Source: Eledone cirrhosa
Taxonomy: Eukaryota
Length of the DNA stretch: 64,000 nt
Reading direction: 5' to 3'
Assembly: GCA_964016885.1 (NCBI GenBank)
Contig: OZ024757.1
Coordinates: 38,254,001-38,318,000 of the forward strand
Shown: one piece after another, positions 45,001-58,555 of the stretch
Layout: every line of letters starts with the position of its first letter
Position numbering within the stretch: the stretch's first letter is position 1
Program-made: the position numbers and the translations under genes
The notes under the pieces: model-generated
What the model was told of the DNA's origin: nothing
What the model saw: the letters and a program-made list of their open reading frames with translations, nothing else
The model's database searches: none

Positions 45001-45159
45001 AATCATACATTTATAAATCTAATCAAAAATACACATATATATTTCTATTTATGTTTATATATACATTTATACTTATACACATCATATATATATATATGTA
45101 ACGTATGTGTATGTATACGTTCATAAAACTTATAACAAACACACACGTATATACACACC

Positions 45160-45193
<34 letters not shown>

Positions 45194-45551
45194 GTGCGTG
45201 TTTGTATGTATATATGTGAATTGTACGCTTATGGCTAAATCTTGGAAATGTTCCTTGCTGGGTCGTTTTCTATGTTCTCGCGAGACCATATCAACGTCGG
45301 TGAGACAAACTTATTTATGCCATCTGACATTATTAATTATTATCCTGGGGACTGCAATACTACTATATAACAGAGCGATAAATAATTTTAGAAACATTCA
45401 ATATATTTCTTATATTATATACTATTTGGACAGCTATTTCATTTGGTATTGACAGTCACAGACATACGTATAGATTTATATATACATAAACACAAACGTA
45501 CACACACACATACACACACACACACACATATACACACACATACACACACAC

Positions 45552-45617
<66 letters not shown>

Positions 45618-45743
45618 CTGTGCAGGTGTGATAGATATACACATAGATAAATAGATAGACATAGACATATATACTTAGATAAATATATATATATATAGGT
45701 ATGTTTCTACTGATATATATATATTTACATACATGTGATTGAC

Positions 45744-45800
<57 letters not shown>

Positions 45801-45826
45801 TTGGAACTCTGAAATAGCAATATATT

Positions 45827-46085
45827 TATGGATGTATATATGATGTATTTTGCAATACACTTTATGCTTAATTAAAAGCATTTTGAAGACCGCATGCTAT
45901 TGATTTAGAGTAGCGTTGATAAGCTTCAACAAAAGCGAAACAAGGCCCTTGTCGGCTTATCTCCCCTGTTTGCTGAGATTAAAGTAAGTGAATTTGTCAC
46001 TACTCTAAAACAATAGCATACGGTCTTCAAAATGCTTTTAATTAAGCATAAAATGTATTGCAAAATACATTATATATACATCTAT
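45827..46085 (+). mobile_element. Inverted-repeat element HH-D (~86-bp arms) with a hammerhead in the loop
   Basis: Arms 45827-45913 and 46000-46085. Confidence 0.8.
45912..45957 (+). ncRNA. Type I hammerhead ribozyme, U3:A8 variant
   Basis: TTGATAA at 45916-45922; GCTT-CAACAA-AAGC; GAA; ACAAG-GCC-CTTGT; predicted GUC cleavage after 45953; stem I AGC/GCT with a G:G mismatch at the first pair. Confidence 0.7.
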
Positions 46086-46365
46086 ATATATATATATATG
46101 CATATAATTATGTGCGTATGTCATATATATAGAGAGAGATAGATAGATAGATAGAGAGAGTGTGATGTAAAATTTGGTTGAGAGGAAACATTTAAAGCAA
46201 TGGATTCATTCCTACACTGACAGTGTAAGCGCCATACTCCGAGTTTTCCTGTTAAGCACTTACACTTCTTGTTTATATATATATATATAATTAAATATAC
46301 ATACATATATATAACTAACTATGCATATATATATATGTACAGACACACACATACATATATGTGTG

Positions 46366-46399
<34 letters not shown>

Positions 46400-46796
46400 A
46401 TATATATGTGTGTGTGTATATATATATATATATTACACATAGCAACATTACATATGCTTCCGTCCGAATTTCTTTGAACGTATATACACATATATATATG
46501 CATATACACAGGTTCACACATACATACATGCGTAGGAACATATATAGCTAAGCATATACCTCTCCACGTTCAATGACATCACATATATTTATAGCATTCA
46601 CGCCTCTGTCTGCCAGTGATTCACTCCGAAATGTAATGTTGTTTTAGCCACGACTTATATGACTTATGAAATTAGAAGCTACAGTTATAAATATGAAATT
46701 AACTCACATATATATATACTATTAATTAGTGGCGAGATTATTAACGGTTAATGACTATAGTATTTAGTTTTGCCTACGATGGAATATGTGCTTAAA

Positions 46797-46851
<55 letters not shown>

Positions 46852-47106
46852 TGTGGTATATGTATTCTAAATGTATAAGTATGTAAATAAGTATAATGTT
46901 ATTTAAATTCAGTTGGAATCCTGGTGACACTTTATCATGTTAATAGATGATGCAGTGGATGTATATATATATATTTATATATATATATGACCGTGTCTGT
47001 GTGTATATATAAATGTGTGTAATATAAATATTTACATATATATAAAGGTTATCACTTTCCAGGGATAACTTGAACAGTTAAGATACATTATCTTTGGTCA
47101 TGTCAA

Positions 47107-47204
47107 ATATTTATAAAACATTTTGTATTTTATCTGATAATAGCGACCCAAAGGTTGGTAGCCTTGAAATATATATAATAGAATAAATATTGTTTTATAA
47201 ATAT
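47107..47204 (+). ncRNA. Degenerate hammerhead ribozyme inside a long hairpin (HH-H)
   Basis: ATTTTAT-CTGATAA-(GACC-CAAA-GGTT)-GAA-ATATATAT-A-ATAGAAT; outer arms atatttataaaaca/tgttttataaatat; G8A without compensation. Confidence 0.45.
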
Positions 47205-47228
47205 AGTTTCCATTTATTTAATATCATT

Positions 47229-47357
47229 GGACGCCATGCTTTGCATCAAAGAGTTACGGCCCTTTATGGTCTGAGTTCAAATCCCGCCGAGGTTAACGTT
47301 GCCTTTCATCCTTACGAGGTCGATAAAATAAAGTACCACTAATGCAATCGGATAATT
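47229..47357 (+). mobile_element. SINE family A, truncated
   Basis: B-box and core present. Confidence 0.85.
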
Positions 47358-47433
47358 TTCGGCTAGAAATAATTATATATATATATATATATATATAAAT
47401 ATATGGGTATATATGTATGTATATATATTTATG

Positions 47434-47472
<39 letters not shown>

Positions 47473-47504
47473 TATGAGTGTATATGTATGTATATATATT
47501 TATG

Positions 47505-47557
<53 letters not shown>

Positions 47558-47616
47558 TATGAGTGTATATATATATATTTATGTAATATATATATATATA
47601 TATATAAATGTATGTG

Positions 47617-47648
<32 letters not shown>

Positions 47649-47881
47649 AATGTATGTGTATATATGTATATATATATATATGTAAATGTGTGTGATATAT
47701 ATATATATATACACGCCCATAATACAAGAAATTAAAAAACAGTAGCGATGCTTTCTCTATTATTTTTACCAATAAAGGAAAACAAAACTAAGAATGTAAT
47801 GTTCACTCTCAATGTGTTGATTGACTAGACAGATAAAAACAAACATATGTATACATGTAGAATATATTTATGAATGTGTGT

Positions 47882-47935
<54 letters not shown>

Positions 47936-48218
47936 GTATATATATATATATATATATACATACATATGTATATATATATATATACATACATATGTATATA
48001 TATATATATATACATACATATGTATATATATATATATATATACATATGTATATATATATATATATATATACATACATATGTATATATATATATATACATA
48101 CATATGTATATATATATACATACATATGTATGTATATATATATATATATATATACATACATATGTATATATATACATACATATGTATATATATATATATA
48201 CATATGTTTATATATATA

Positions 48219-48265
<47 letters not shown>

Positions 48266-48275
48266 TTATACATAC

Positions 48276-48322
<47 letters not shown>

Positions 48323-48332
48323 TTATACATAC

Positions 48333-48735
<403 letters not shown>

Positions 48736-48813
48736 ACTTTCACTCGTGTAGGACACCTCGGTTATTTTTCATTTTGTAAAAAAAAACTCACTTTCTAATA
48801 TATATATATATAC

Positions 48814-48888
<75 letters not shown>

Positions 48889-48892
48889 TATA

Positions 48893-48965
48893 CCCGGTCC
48901 GTGTAACAAACTCACAACCTCACAATTGCAAAATCCAGTTTTCTAACCACTCAGTCACACGTCTT
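48893..48965 (-). mobile_element. tRNA-derived SINE head fragment
   Basis: Similar to 13071-13142 (cccggtccg...aactcac.acc...attgcaa...tctaaccact). Confidence 0.6.
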
Positions 48966-49257
48966 AATATATTCAGTTAGATTTATAACGACAACAAATA
49001 TAACAACAGCAACAACTTTAACAAGAACCAAAACAAAACCAAAATATTACAGAATTACCAAAAGATTGTTGATTAATTTTCGCTGTAATTATAATGAACC
49101 ATAGTGAAATTTTCATGGTATTTAACAATCGCCATTAAATCGTCTGCACCGAGATTTTGTTGTATGGTAAATGTGGCCATTGTCTGGAAACAATTGTCTA
49201 TAATTGTCCACATATTCAATGTTTATGTCGCTAGTTCCTCCTTCATAATTCTTATCT

Positions 49258-49680
49258 ATATATGTATTCATATATATATTAATATATGTATTCATATATA
49301 TATTAATATATGTATTCATATATATATTAACATATGTATACATATATATATTAATATATGTATTCATATATATATTAATATATGTATTCATATATATATT
49401 AATATAAGTATACATATATATATTAATATATGTATTCATATATATATTAATATATGTATACATATATATATTAATATATGTATACATATATATATTAATA
49501 TATGTATTCATATATATATTAATATATGTATTCATATATATATTAATATATGTATTCATATGTTTATTCATATATGTATACATATATATATTAATATATG
49601 TATTCATATATATATTAATATATGTATTCATATATATATTAATATATGTATTCATGTTTATTCATATATGTATTCATATG
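49258..49680. repeat. 24-bp minisatellite ATATATGTATTCATATATATATTA, about 16 copies
   Basis: Regular 24-bp period; translates as (NICIHIYI)n. Confidence 0.9.
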
Positions 49681-49830
49681 TTTGTTTTTCGTTTTCTTTG
49701 TGGCTATTGAGGGATTTCTTTATTTTGTCTTACTCTGTATATTCACATCGTTATGTATTCACATATTACATGTATTTCTCTGTACTCCGCCTGAATCTTC
49801 ACAAATATACACCTCTGTTTCAAACATACG

Positions 49831-49893
<63 letters not shown>

Positions 49894-49901
49894 ATATGTA
49901 C

Positions 49902-49946
<45 letters not shown>

Positions 49947-49995
49947 CATATTTATGCATATGTATATATATATATACTTACATACATATATATAT

Positions 49996-50026
<31 letters not shown>

Positions 50027-50079
50027 CACATAAACATACACACAGACACAGCAGTGATTGAGAGTCCAATAAAATAATA

Positions 50080-50230
50080 ATAATTGTTTCTACTATTGGC
50101 ACAAGGCCAGCAATTATCCCAGTACATTACTGGAACTTTATTTTATCCACCCCGTAAGGATGAAAGGCAAAGTTAACCTCGTTGGGATTTGAACTCAGAA
50201 TGGTAAGGGCCGTAACTCTATGCGTCAAAG
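50080..50230 (-). mobile_element. SINE family A, 5'-truncated
   Basis: Reverse complement of the core and tail. Confidence 0.9.
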
Positions 50231-50244
50231 TAAGATTTATATAC

Positions 50245-50279
<35 letters not shown>

Positions 50280-50500
50280 TGTGGGAGTTAGCTTGAAATA
50301 ATTCGAAATACCAGTAGCTTATCGTTTGTCATATTGAAGCAACGAAACAACGATTGTATTCGACATAAAGTTAATTATTCTCTCTCCTTGTCGCAACTTC
50401 TTGAAGCAGGCAATAACAGGACATAAGGAAATAAAGTATTTACTTCAGAAAACAGCACTCGACCCAGTCTAGAATCGAACCACGAAAACTGAAGCAAATA

Positions 50501-50648
50501 AATGTTTCTACTTTTGGCAAAATGCCAGCATTTACACCAGTTTATTACTGGTGCTTTATTGTATCGATCTTGTTAGGATGAAAGGGAAAGCCAGCCTCAG
50601 CGGGATTTGAACTAAGAACGTAAAGGCCCATAACTCTATGCGGCAAAC
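50501..50648 (-). mobile_element. SINE family A, diverged
   Basis: Reverse complement of the core and tail. Confidence 0.8.
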
Positions 50649-50702
50649 CTCAGTGAGGTTTGAACTAATAATAGTTACGTTCATGATGATGATGATATAG
50701 AC

Positions 50703-51122
50703 CAGCGTTTTTCAACCTTTTTACCCTTGCGTAACCCTTAAAACAAAATTCTATACCATATCTTTCTCATTTTATTTTCATCGTAGTTCACGTGGTAAAT
50801 ATCATAGTATATATTTTTGAATAACTGGTTTAAGGAAAAATTAATACTTCTTTGTCTAATTTTTCGGTAATGTTAATAAAATTCATACTGTTCGTTTATA
50901 ATACTTCATCAGGGAGTTTTCATTCACAAAAAAAGATTCTAAACTCAAACGTAAAAAATAAACATAAGTAACCAATATGATATACCTATAATATAAATGT
51001 AAACAGAACGAATTAAATAAAAAGTCAAAAGTGCATTAGCTTATCTCACTTGTTCTCGCGGAAACCTTAGGGACCTTTTGCGGAACCTTAGGGTTCCGGG
51101 GAACCCCGGTTGAGAAACGCTG
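50703..51122. mobile_element. hAT (Charlie-like) MITE, 420 bp
   Basis: TIRs CAGCGTTTTTCAACC / GGTTGAGAAACGCTG; perfect 8-bp TSD ATATAGAC at 50695-50702 and 51123-51130; subterminal GCGGAACC repeats. Confidence 0.9.
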
Positions 51123-51195
51123 ATATAGACGTAGTCGTCGTTATTTTCCATGAATATTAGTAAAACTGCCAGGAAGGGAGAAAATAGCTTTCCAT

Positions 51196-51440
51196 GACTA
51201 CTGCTATTACTACTACTATTTCTACTACTATTACTACTACTAGTACGTTCACTACTATTACTACTACTACTATCACTACTATTACTACTACTACTACTAT
51301 CACTACTACTACTACTATCACTACTACTACTACTACTAACACTACTACTGTACTAATACTACTTCTGCTGAAACTATTACTACTACTGTTAATGTTAGTA
51401 TTACTAATGTATCACTTTCTACTACTACACCTACTACTAC
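51196..51440. repeat. (ACT)n trinucleotide microsatellite
   Basis: Directly visible. Confidence 0.9.
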
Positions 51441-51866
51441 ATATAATATTCAGATGAAGAAGATGATGAAGAGGGAAACGATGGAAGCTAAAAAAAAAAA
51501 TAAAGTAGAAAGAAACGAAAAAAAAAACATCATTGACTTCAGTATGAATGAATAATGACTTAATATTGACCATTAAAATGTTAGTGACATTTTTATGCAA
51601 AATTCATGTAAATTTCCATGAATAAAATTACAAGGTTTGTATCCGATCATGCTCTATTAGAGACGTTTGTTACAAATATCTTAGCTCTGTTTACACAGGA
51701 TTCTACTAGCTGCCCTCCATACCACACCAAAGTATTGATTAAAAGTTCACAGAAACCCTCAAACACTAAAAGAGGAAAGAAGAAAGAGGAAAGATAAATC
51801 TGTGATGAAATCAGGGTGAAACCGCTTTGAATATAATGTACTATAATATACAAATATGTGTTACAG

Positions 51867-51903
<37 letters not shown>

Positions 51904-51904
<1 letters not shown>

Positions 51905-52072
51905 ACAAAGGAATTGTGGTAAGGAACCAGATGGACCATAACGCACCAGAGTACTCAATACTTAGGGTAGTAGAGTGGGAAATAGGAAAAAGTATACCCC
52001 GACGGCAGAGATCAAGCCGACAGAAATAGCCGTCGAAACAGCTTGAGCCCTGCCGTCGGGGTCAAACTTTTT

Positions 52073-52076
<4 letters not shown>
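51904..52076 (-). mobile_element. P1 family palindromic element
   Basis: Reverse complement of 2662-2848 with a deletion near the axis. Confidence 0.8.
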
Positions 52077-52105
<29 letters not shown>

Positions 52106-52259
52106 GTATTTATGTATACTTATACACACAAATGTATATACATATAAAAATACACACACACTCATATAACAAATGAATCAACGAGTAAAGGACACGCGTT
52201 GCCTGGTGGTAAACATACCCTGTAATGAAACAAACATTTTCTTCTCATGTATTCTGTCC

Positions 52260-52295
<36 letters not shown>

Positions 52296-52301
<6 letters not shown>

Positions 52302-52405
52302 TGTTTCTACATTTGGCACAAGGCCAGCAAAAACCCAGTGCATTACTGGTACTTTATTTTATCGACCCCGTAAGGATGAAAGGCAAGTTAACATCGACGG
52401 GATTA
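52296..52405 (-). mobile_element. SINE family A 3' half
   Basis: Reverse complement of the core and tail. Confidence 0.8.
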
Positions 52406-52694
52406 ATAATAATAATAATAATAATAATAAGCTGCACGTGTTCATACATGACTATAATCATAAACAGAATGTACTATACTTACACATGGCTAGTAAGTTA
52501 TATTTTTGAATAAAATGCAGCAAATAGGCCGAAATATTTTCAGCTGGTTTTATCAGATAAGATCAACCCACTAAAGCCAAATAGAACGATAGATTTGAAG
52601 TGGAACTGTAAGAAAGAATGGGTCCTATTGAACATTCCAGTCCAACAAATGCCATTTTATAACGTTAGAGTACGGGTTTTCTCACATAAAAAAG

Positions 52695-53052
52695 TGTTTC
52701 AGCGCTACGTTCCGCGTCTTCCAGAGGCCAGTGTCTATCCTTAGGACATCAAAATATGTCATACTCGGTCTCCCTCTTCTAGTGTGTCCGTTTCGGGCCT
52801 CACTAGGATAACTGAGTGCAGTGTCCTCTCTGAATGTCGGTGAGCATGTCCAGCTAACCTCAGTCTACCCTGTGTCAGTCTCGAACGGACTTTTGGGAGG
52901 GCTCCTTACACCTCTGAGTTCTTCAACCTCAGTGCTTACAAATTAATATTCGGAGTCATCCTCAGCATTCTCCTGTAGCACGACGTCCACCATCTGACAG
53001 TCTCTTGGTCAGGGACCAAGTCTCAGACCCGTACAGCAGCACAGACTCCACT
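52695..53052 (-). mobile_element. RTE-like LINE fragment, frameshifted
   Basis: VESVLLYGSETWSLTK, YRRMLRM, RLRLAGH and GHTRRGRP motifs. Confidence 0.85.
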
Positions 53053-53138
53053 ATCTATATATATGTATATATATATATTGCAAGAGATGTCAACATGAAT
53101 GGACCTGTTATTATTATCTAAAGACATTCTTTTCCAAT

Positions 53139-53305
53139 TCCAACCCACCCGTCCCCTCAATCTATCATCTTTCTCATTCTTTCTTCTGATGAAGGACTAA
53201 CGTCCGAAACGTTAAGACCTCTTCTTGCTATATCAAGAGTTCATCTAATATATCCATTCCATATAATGTAACGATTGTGTTGTTATTTCTGTTTACCTTT
53301 TACAT
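53139..53305 (+). mobile_element. HH-A family copy
   Basis: Homologous to 2257-2422 in reverse. Confidence 0.8.
53182..53217 (+). ncRNA. Minimal type I hammerhead ribozyme of the Penelope-like type
   Basis: TCTT-CTGATGA-A-GGAC-TAAC-GTCC-GAA-ACGT-T-AAGA; stem I TCTT/AAGA; palindromic ACGT stem III; GUU triplet. Confidence 0.65.
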
Positions 53306-53320
53306 ACATATATATATATT

Positions 53321-53349
<29 letters not shown>

Positions 53350-53355
<6 letters not shown>

Positions 53356-53535
53356 ATACTTGGGGAGGGTCATATTTGCGTAATATTGCCACAATTAATA
53401 ACAGAACACACTCACTGTTTGGTTGGTTTTCGCTTCTCGCTGTCTTTTATATCTGCGATCTAACTTACTCGGTCCTCAATGTTGCCATTGACTGACCGAC
53501 GGTCAAAAATAATACAGATACAATATAGACACAAA
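53350..53535 (+). mobile_element. (TA)n-flanked dispersed repeat, with a second copy at 56078-56185
   Basis: ttgttatacttggg.agggtcatatt...aataacagaacacactc.ctgtttggttggttttcgctt is shared between the copies. Confidence 0.7.
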
Positions 53536-53605
53536 CACATATATATAGTTTACATAATTTACATAAATCTTTCGTTGCACATCTGCAACATTGTCAGTGG
53601 TGTTA

Positions 53606-53650
<45 letters not shown>

Positions 53651-53845
53651 AGTGTCTGGGCCTGACGTATAATCGCAGGCAGATTTGGCAACAAACACCG
53701 TCTGGAATATGCTGTCTAAACAATAGCTCATCCGTGAGGCCTCGTCTCTATAATATATTTACACTTGTCTTTTCCAAGTATCGAATACTCTTTTGATTAA
53801 TGGTGTTGCGATTTTAAACCTGGTAAAATACTGATAAATATATGA

Positions 53846-53886
<41 letters not shown>

Positions 53887-53931
53887 TATATACAAACGCA
53901 CATATATATATACACATATATATATACACAC

Positions 53932-53962
<31 letters not shown>

Positions 53963-54025
53963 TATATATATACACATATATATTTACACACATATATATA
54001 TATATATATACATATATATATACAC

Positions 54026-54094
<69 letters not shown>

Positions 54095-54161
54095 CACATA
54101 TATATATCTATACACATATATATATCTATACACATATATATATCTATACATATATATACAC

Positions 54162-54196
<35 letters not shown>

Positions 54197-54223
54197 TATA
54201 TAAACACACATATATATATACAC

Positions 54224-54261
<38 letters not shown>

Positions 54262-54372
54262 GACACATAGACATAAATATAGATTTAAACACACACATTA
54301 TATATATATATATATATATAATGTTTGTGTGTTTGTGTTTATGCCTATATGTGTCTACATCTGTATGCATAG

Positions 54373-54443
<71 letters not shown>

Positions 54444-54974
54444 CATGTGTGTGTGTATACATATATGTGTGTGTATGTGTATTTTCTTCTTTGTAGATAT
54501 GTGGATAATACCCATATTTTCTAACACACTAAGATATAACCCAGATAAGTTGTTGGTGTAAATAATACTGAAGCTACTGCAGTGTTGCTCGATATTTAAC
54601 CGCAACAAAAATAGCCACAACACCACCACCAGCAATAACAACAACAACAACAATACTAAAAACCACAACAGACATGACAAATACGTCAGCCAACCTGCCA
54701 GCCGGAGAGCCAAAATCAAAACAATCATCGTATCAAACCACAAACAAACCACAAGTAACAACAAACAAAGACAAATCATCGGAAAAATTATATACAACGA
54801 ATAATAATAATATAAAACATATTTATCATTTTGCTGGCTTACTTAGCTCAGCTATCTTATGAATATTCCTCTGCACCAATACCGTTTGACCTCCTTATGT
54901 ATTTCAGTTTCAGTTTAAAAGATTATTCGTAACATTTAATCAATTTTGTATCGCACCAATAGAGAGTGAAAATA

Positions 54975-55020
<46 letters not shown>

Positions 55021-55841
55021 TATGTGTGAGTGTGTGTGTATATATATATACACACACATACACACATATGTATATATATATATGTATGTATATATATATA
55101 TATAAATATATATATATATACATTTGCATATACATTTATATATATTTATGCGTACATATTTTATTGGCATTTACATATATATACACACACACACATACGT
55201 ATATACACATACATATATATATATATGTATATGTGTGTATATATAATATATATATATATAAAGATATATAGACTTAAACTAAATGAAAAAATGTTATCAA
55301 TAAGAAATTGTTTTATGTTTAGTTCCGTGTAGGTTTTCATATTTGTTTCTAAACACACACACACATACGAGTGTGTATTGTTGCCTGTGTGTATGCACTC
55401 GTCTTCGTGTGTGTCTGTGTGTGTCTGTGTGTGTATGGTTTGCGAACGACTGTTAGTATACTTTCGGTATTAGCACGAGATCTTTGTAATTAGAGTTCAA
55501 TTCTCGCCGAGGAAAACTGTCATTTTTCGCTTCGTAAACAATAACAAAAATGGGCTAGTCATTTGTATGTGTGTGTACATACATACAGGCATATAATTGC
55601 ACACGCATACAGATATATAAATATGTATATATCAGGATATAGCCGATTTAAAATTAGTGAGGCCATGACCCGAAGGAGTACACAATACTGAGAATGGTTA
55701 TATTATTAAAAAAACTGGATCCGACGTGTGAGCTATTTTCATTTCAACAAATAGAACTAGACTCTGGAACTAGCTATTGAAACGGTAAGAGCTCAGGTGT
55801 CGGTCTCCCCAAACCTTATATCATACATACTCACACACACA

Positions 55842-55904
<63 letters not shown>

Positions 55905-57576
55905 GATCAGCGATGTTTAGACACAACGAACTAATGAAACAATTGTTAATTTTTTAAATAAACCCTATTTTACAGCTGACTACGTTATCCTTCACTCTTT
56001 ATATATATATTTATATATATATATAACCGATTATTTGCTTAAACTTTGATCTGTTATTTTAATATATATATATATATATTGTTATACTTGGGGAGGGTCA
56101 TATTGTTGTAATAATATTGCCAGAAATAATAACAGAACACACTCCCTGTTTGGTTGGTTTTCGCTTTTGTATCTTTTATATCTATATAGTTAATTTATTT
56201 GGCAATCAACGTTTATCACACAAACGCACACAGGTCGTAATAACCTCATTTTACTTCGCTATAACATTTCAGTTCAAACTTTTTAATTCCAAGTTGGATA
56301 ACTCTTACTACTTCCTTGTTTTTGTAGTTTCTACACCATGTAAAATTAACGACGACACAAGTCTTAAAGAAATGTTCTGACTAAACAGCGAACTACAACA
56401 GATATTATACGATTTTTTCCTCGTAATATTATATTTTTTAATGTGAACAAAGATATACCAAGTCATCCTACCATCTGTTAAATAGAAATGAAATCTTACA
56501 AGGTAATGGTTTTGAAATTTCCGTTTATAAATAATGAATTTATGCTATCACGAAAAAGGTATTTAGACTTTTAGTTTTATATGAATTATACTAAAATTCT
56601 TGCATGATATAAAAATGCTAATGTGCTTATTTTTGTATATTTTAATATATATATATTTTGTGACCACATTAAAAAAAAAATATGTTATGTAAAAAATACA
56701 AAGTGAGAACTCAAGAATTTTAGAATTTATTTTTTCCTTGTCTTTTGAAATAATTTTTAATTTAGCTCTAAAAATATTTGAAAATTAGATAAGAATAGAC
56801 ACAGTGTCTCCATTCAATACATTAATAGTGGAGAACTGTAAATAAAATACTACAGTATTCTACAGTGTGAATGTATATATATTATTAAATATTTAATACA
56901 ATAACAGAGATAGCTTAAAGCTAAACTCCGACTGGTAACCATCTCACTCAACAAACATTAGGTTATATGTTAGTATAAACCCAATTTAAGTGTTTGGGGT
57001 GCTAACGATATGTATTATGTGGAAAGCCAGTTGTATTATTTTATGAGATATAATTAAAGTTAAAATATATCTCTCTTTCCAAACAATTGTTTCATTATAA
57101 GTTTTCTACTACAGAGAGAGAGAGAATGTGAGCGCGAGTATCTGCTACATATATATATATATATATATACACATACACACGCATATATATATATATATAT
57201 ACATTTCTTCCTGCTTGCTGTTATTTCAAGCGTTAAGCTAATATATTTCTTCCATATACAGTGATGTTTGATTTGTTACTTTTGTTATATCTGTTTAACA
57301 TTTTCATGTATATATATATATATTTTTATAGCATCAACTAATATATAGGTCGGGTATCAAAGAGTGACTTCTCATAAATCTACTTATGTTTTACAACAAT
57401 TAAGTTTGCAATATAATAGGGCCGTCTTCCAATAATAATTGTCACAAATTTAATTGTTCTGTCATAATCAATATATTTTCAACAATTTAAAATTATTCTC
57501 ATTAGGTAAGAGACAAGGCATAATTAATTAGATCAATTTCAAAGAACTGAATATAGCTATATTTACTTCACATTCG

Positions 57577-57745
57577 CAGACCTGTCAACTCTCCCCGCCC
57601 GACAGGAAGAGCTTTCAACGACTTTGTGTGTATGGGCTTTTGTGAAACTGGGTATAGTTTACATTATGTAAAATCGCCACATTTTGCTTCATTTCTTTCC
57701 GTTTTGGGGCACCTCTTTCAAGGGACTTCCCGTTTAGCAGGTCTG
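57577..57745. mobile_element. Small MITE (169 bp) with a 6-bp TSD
   Basis: TIRs CAGACCTGTCAAC / GTTTAGCAGGTCTG; CATTCG duplicated at 57571-57576 and 57746-57751. Confidence 0.7.
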
Positions 57746-57850
57746 CATTCGAAAAGTGGATATATATTTTTTAAATACGTTTGCATTTTTTGTTTTCTAT
57801 ACTCTTCAAAGATTACGAATAATGAAAATAATAATTGTACTAGATATTTT

Positions 57851-58125
57851 AGGCGGCGAATTGGAAGAGGGAGAAAGATTCATTAGAACGTCGGATAGAA
57901 TATTTTCCGTTCGTCATTTCAACTCGCTGATCTGTGAGTTGAAATTCCACCGAGGTCAACTTTCACCGAGGTCAACTTTGCGTTTCATCCATTCCAGGTC
58001 AATAAAAAATACCTCGTCTAATACTGAGGTCTATTCTTCCTCTATATCTCTTTCTGACTTCACTATATCAATCTTTATCTTTCTATGGAAGAAATCTGCT
58101 GTATTCCGACCAGGAGAATGATGGG
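57851..58125 (+). mobile_element. SINE family A-related subfamily with a longer CT-rich tail
   Basis: GGCGAATTGG head, CCGAGGTCAACTTTGC core, tail ttcttcctctatatctctttct..ggagaa.gatgg shared with 60897-61125. Confidence 0.7.
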
Positions 58126-58422
58126 TTTTAAAATACCATAGAAACCCCACATACGGCACCACGGACAATAATAAAAGATATTAGATATTTTCGCCTGTCT
58201 ATCACACACGATTGCCAGAAGTTCACAAAATAGTTTTAAAACTGTTGACTTTGGTGTAATAATAGTTGCATAACTAAACTAAATATAGGAACAAATGTTC
58301 TAAAATTGTTTTATTCACGTCAAAGTTGTTCCATGTCCGCCGGCACCTCTTGCTTCCTCACTTCTAAATGCTTTACACACATATACAAACACTCGCTATA
58401 TATATATACATACTCACACACA

Positions 58423-58454
<32 letters not shown>

Positions 58455-58507
58455 AGTAGAACAGATATTTAATTTGTTGGAGATCCGACAAATAGAAATG
58501 TTTATAA

Positions 58508-58555
<48 letters not shown>

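Noticed and set aside
50325-50362. GAAACAA-CGA-TTGTA hammerhead-like 3' half (similar weak case at 9222-9265)
   Set aside because: The CUGANGA core and stem I are absent or too degenerate
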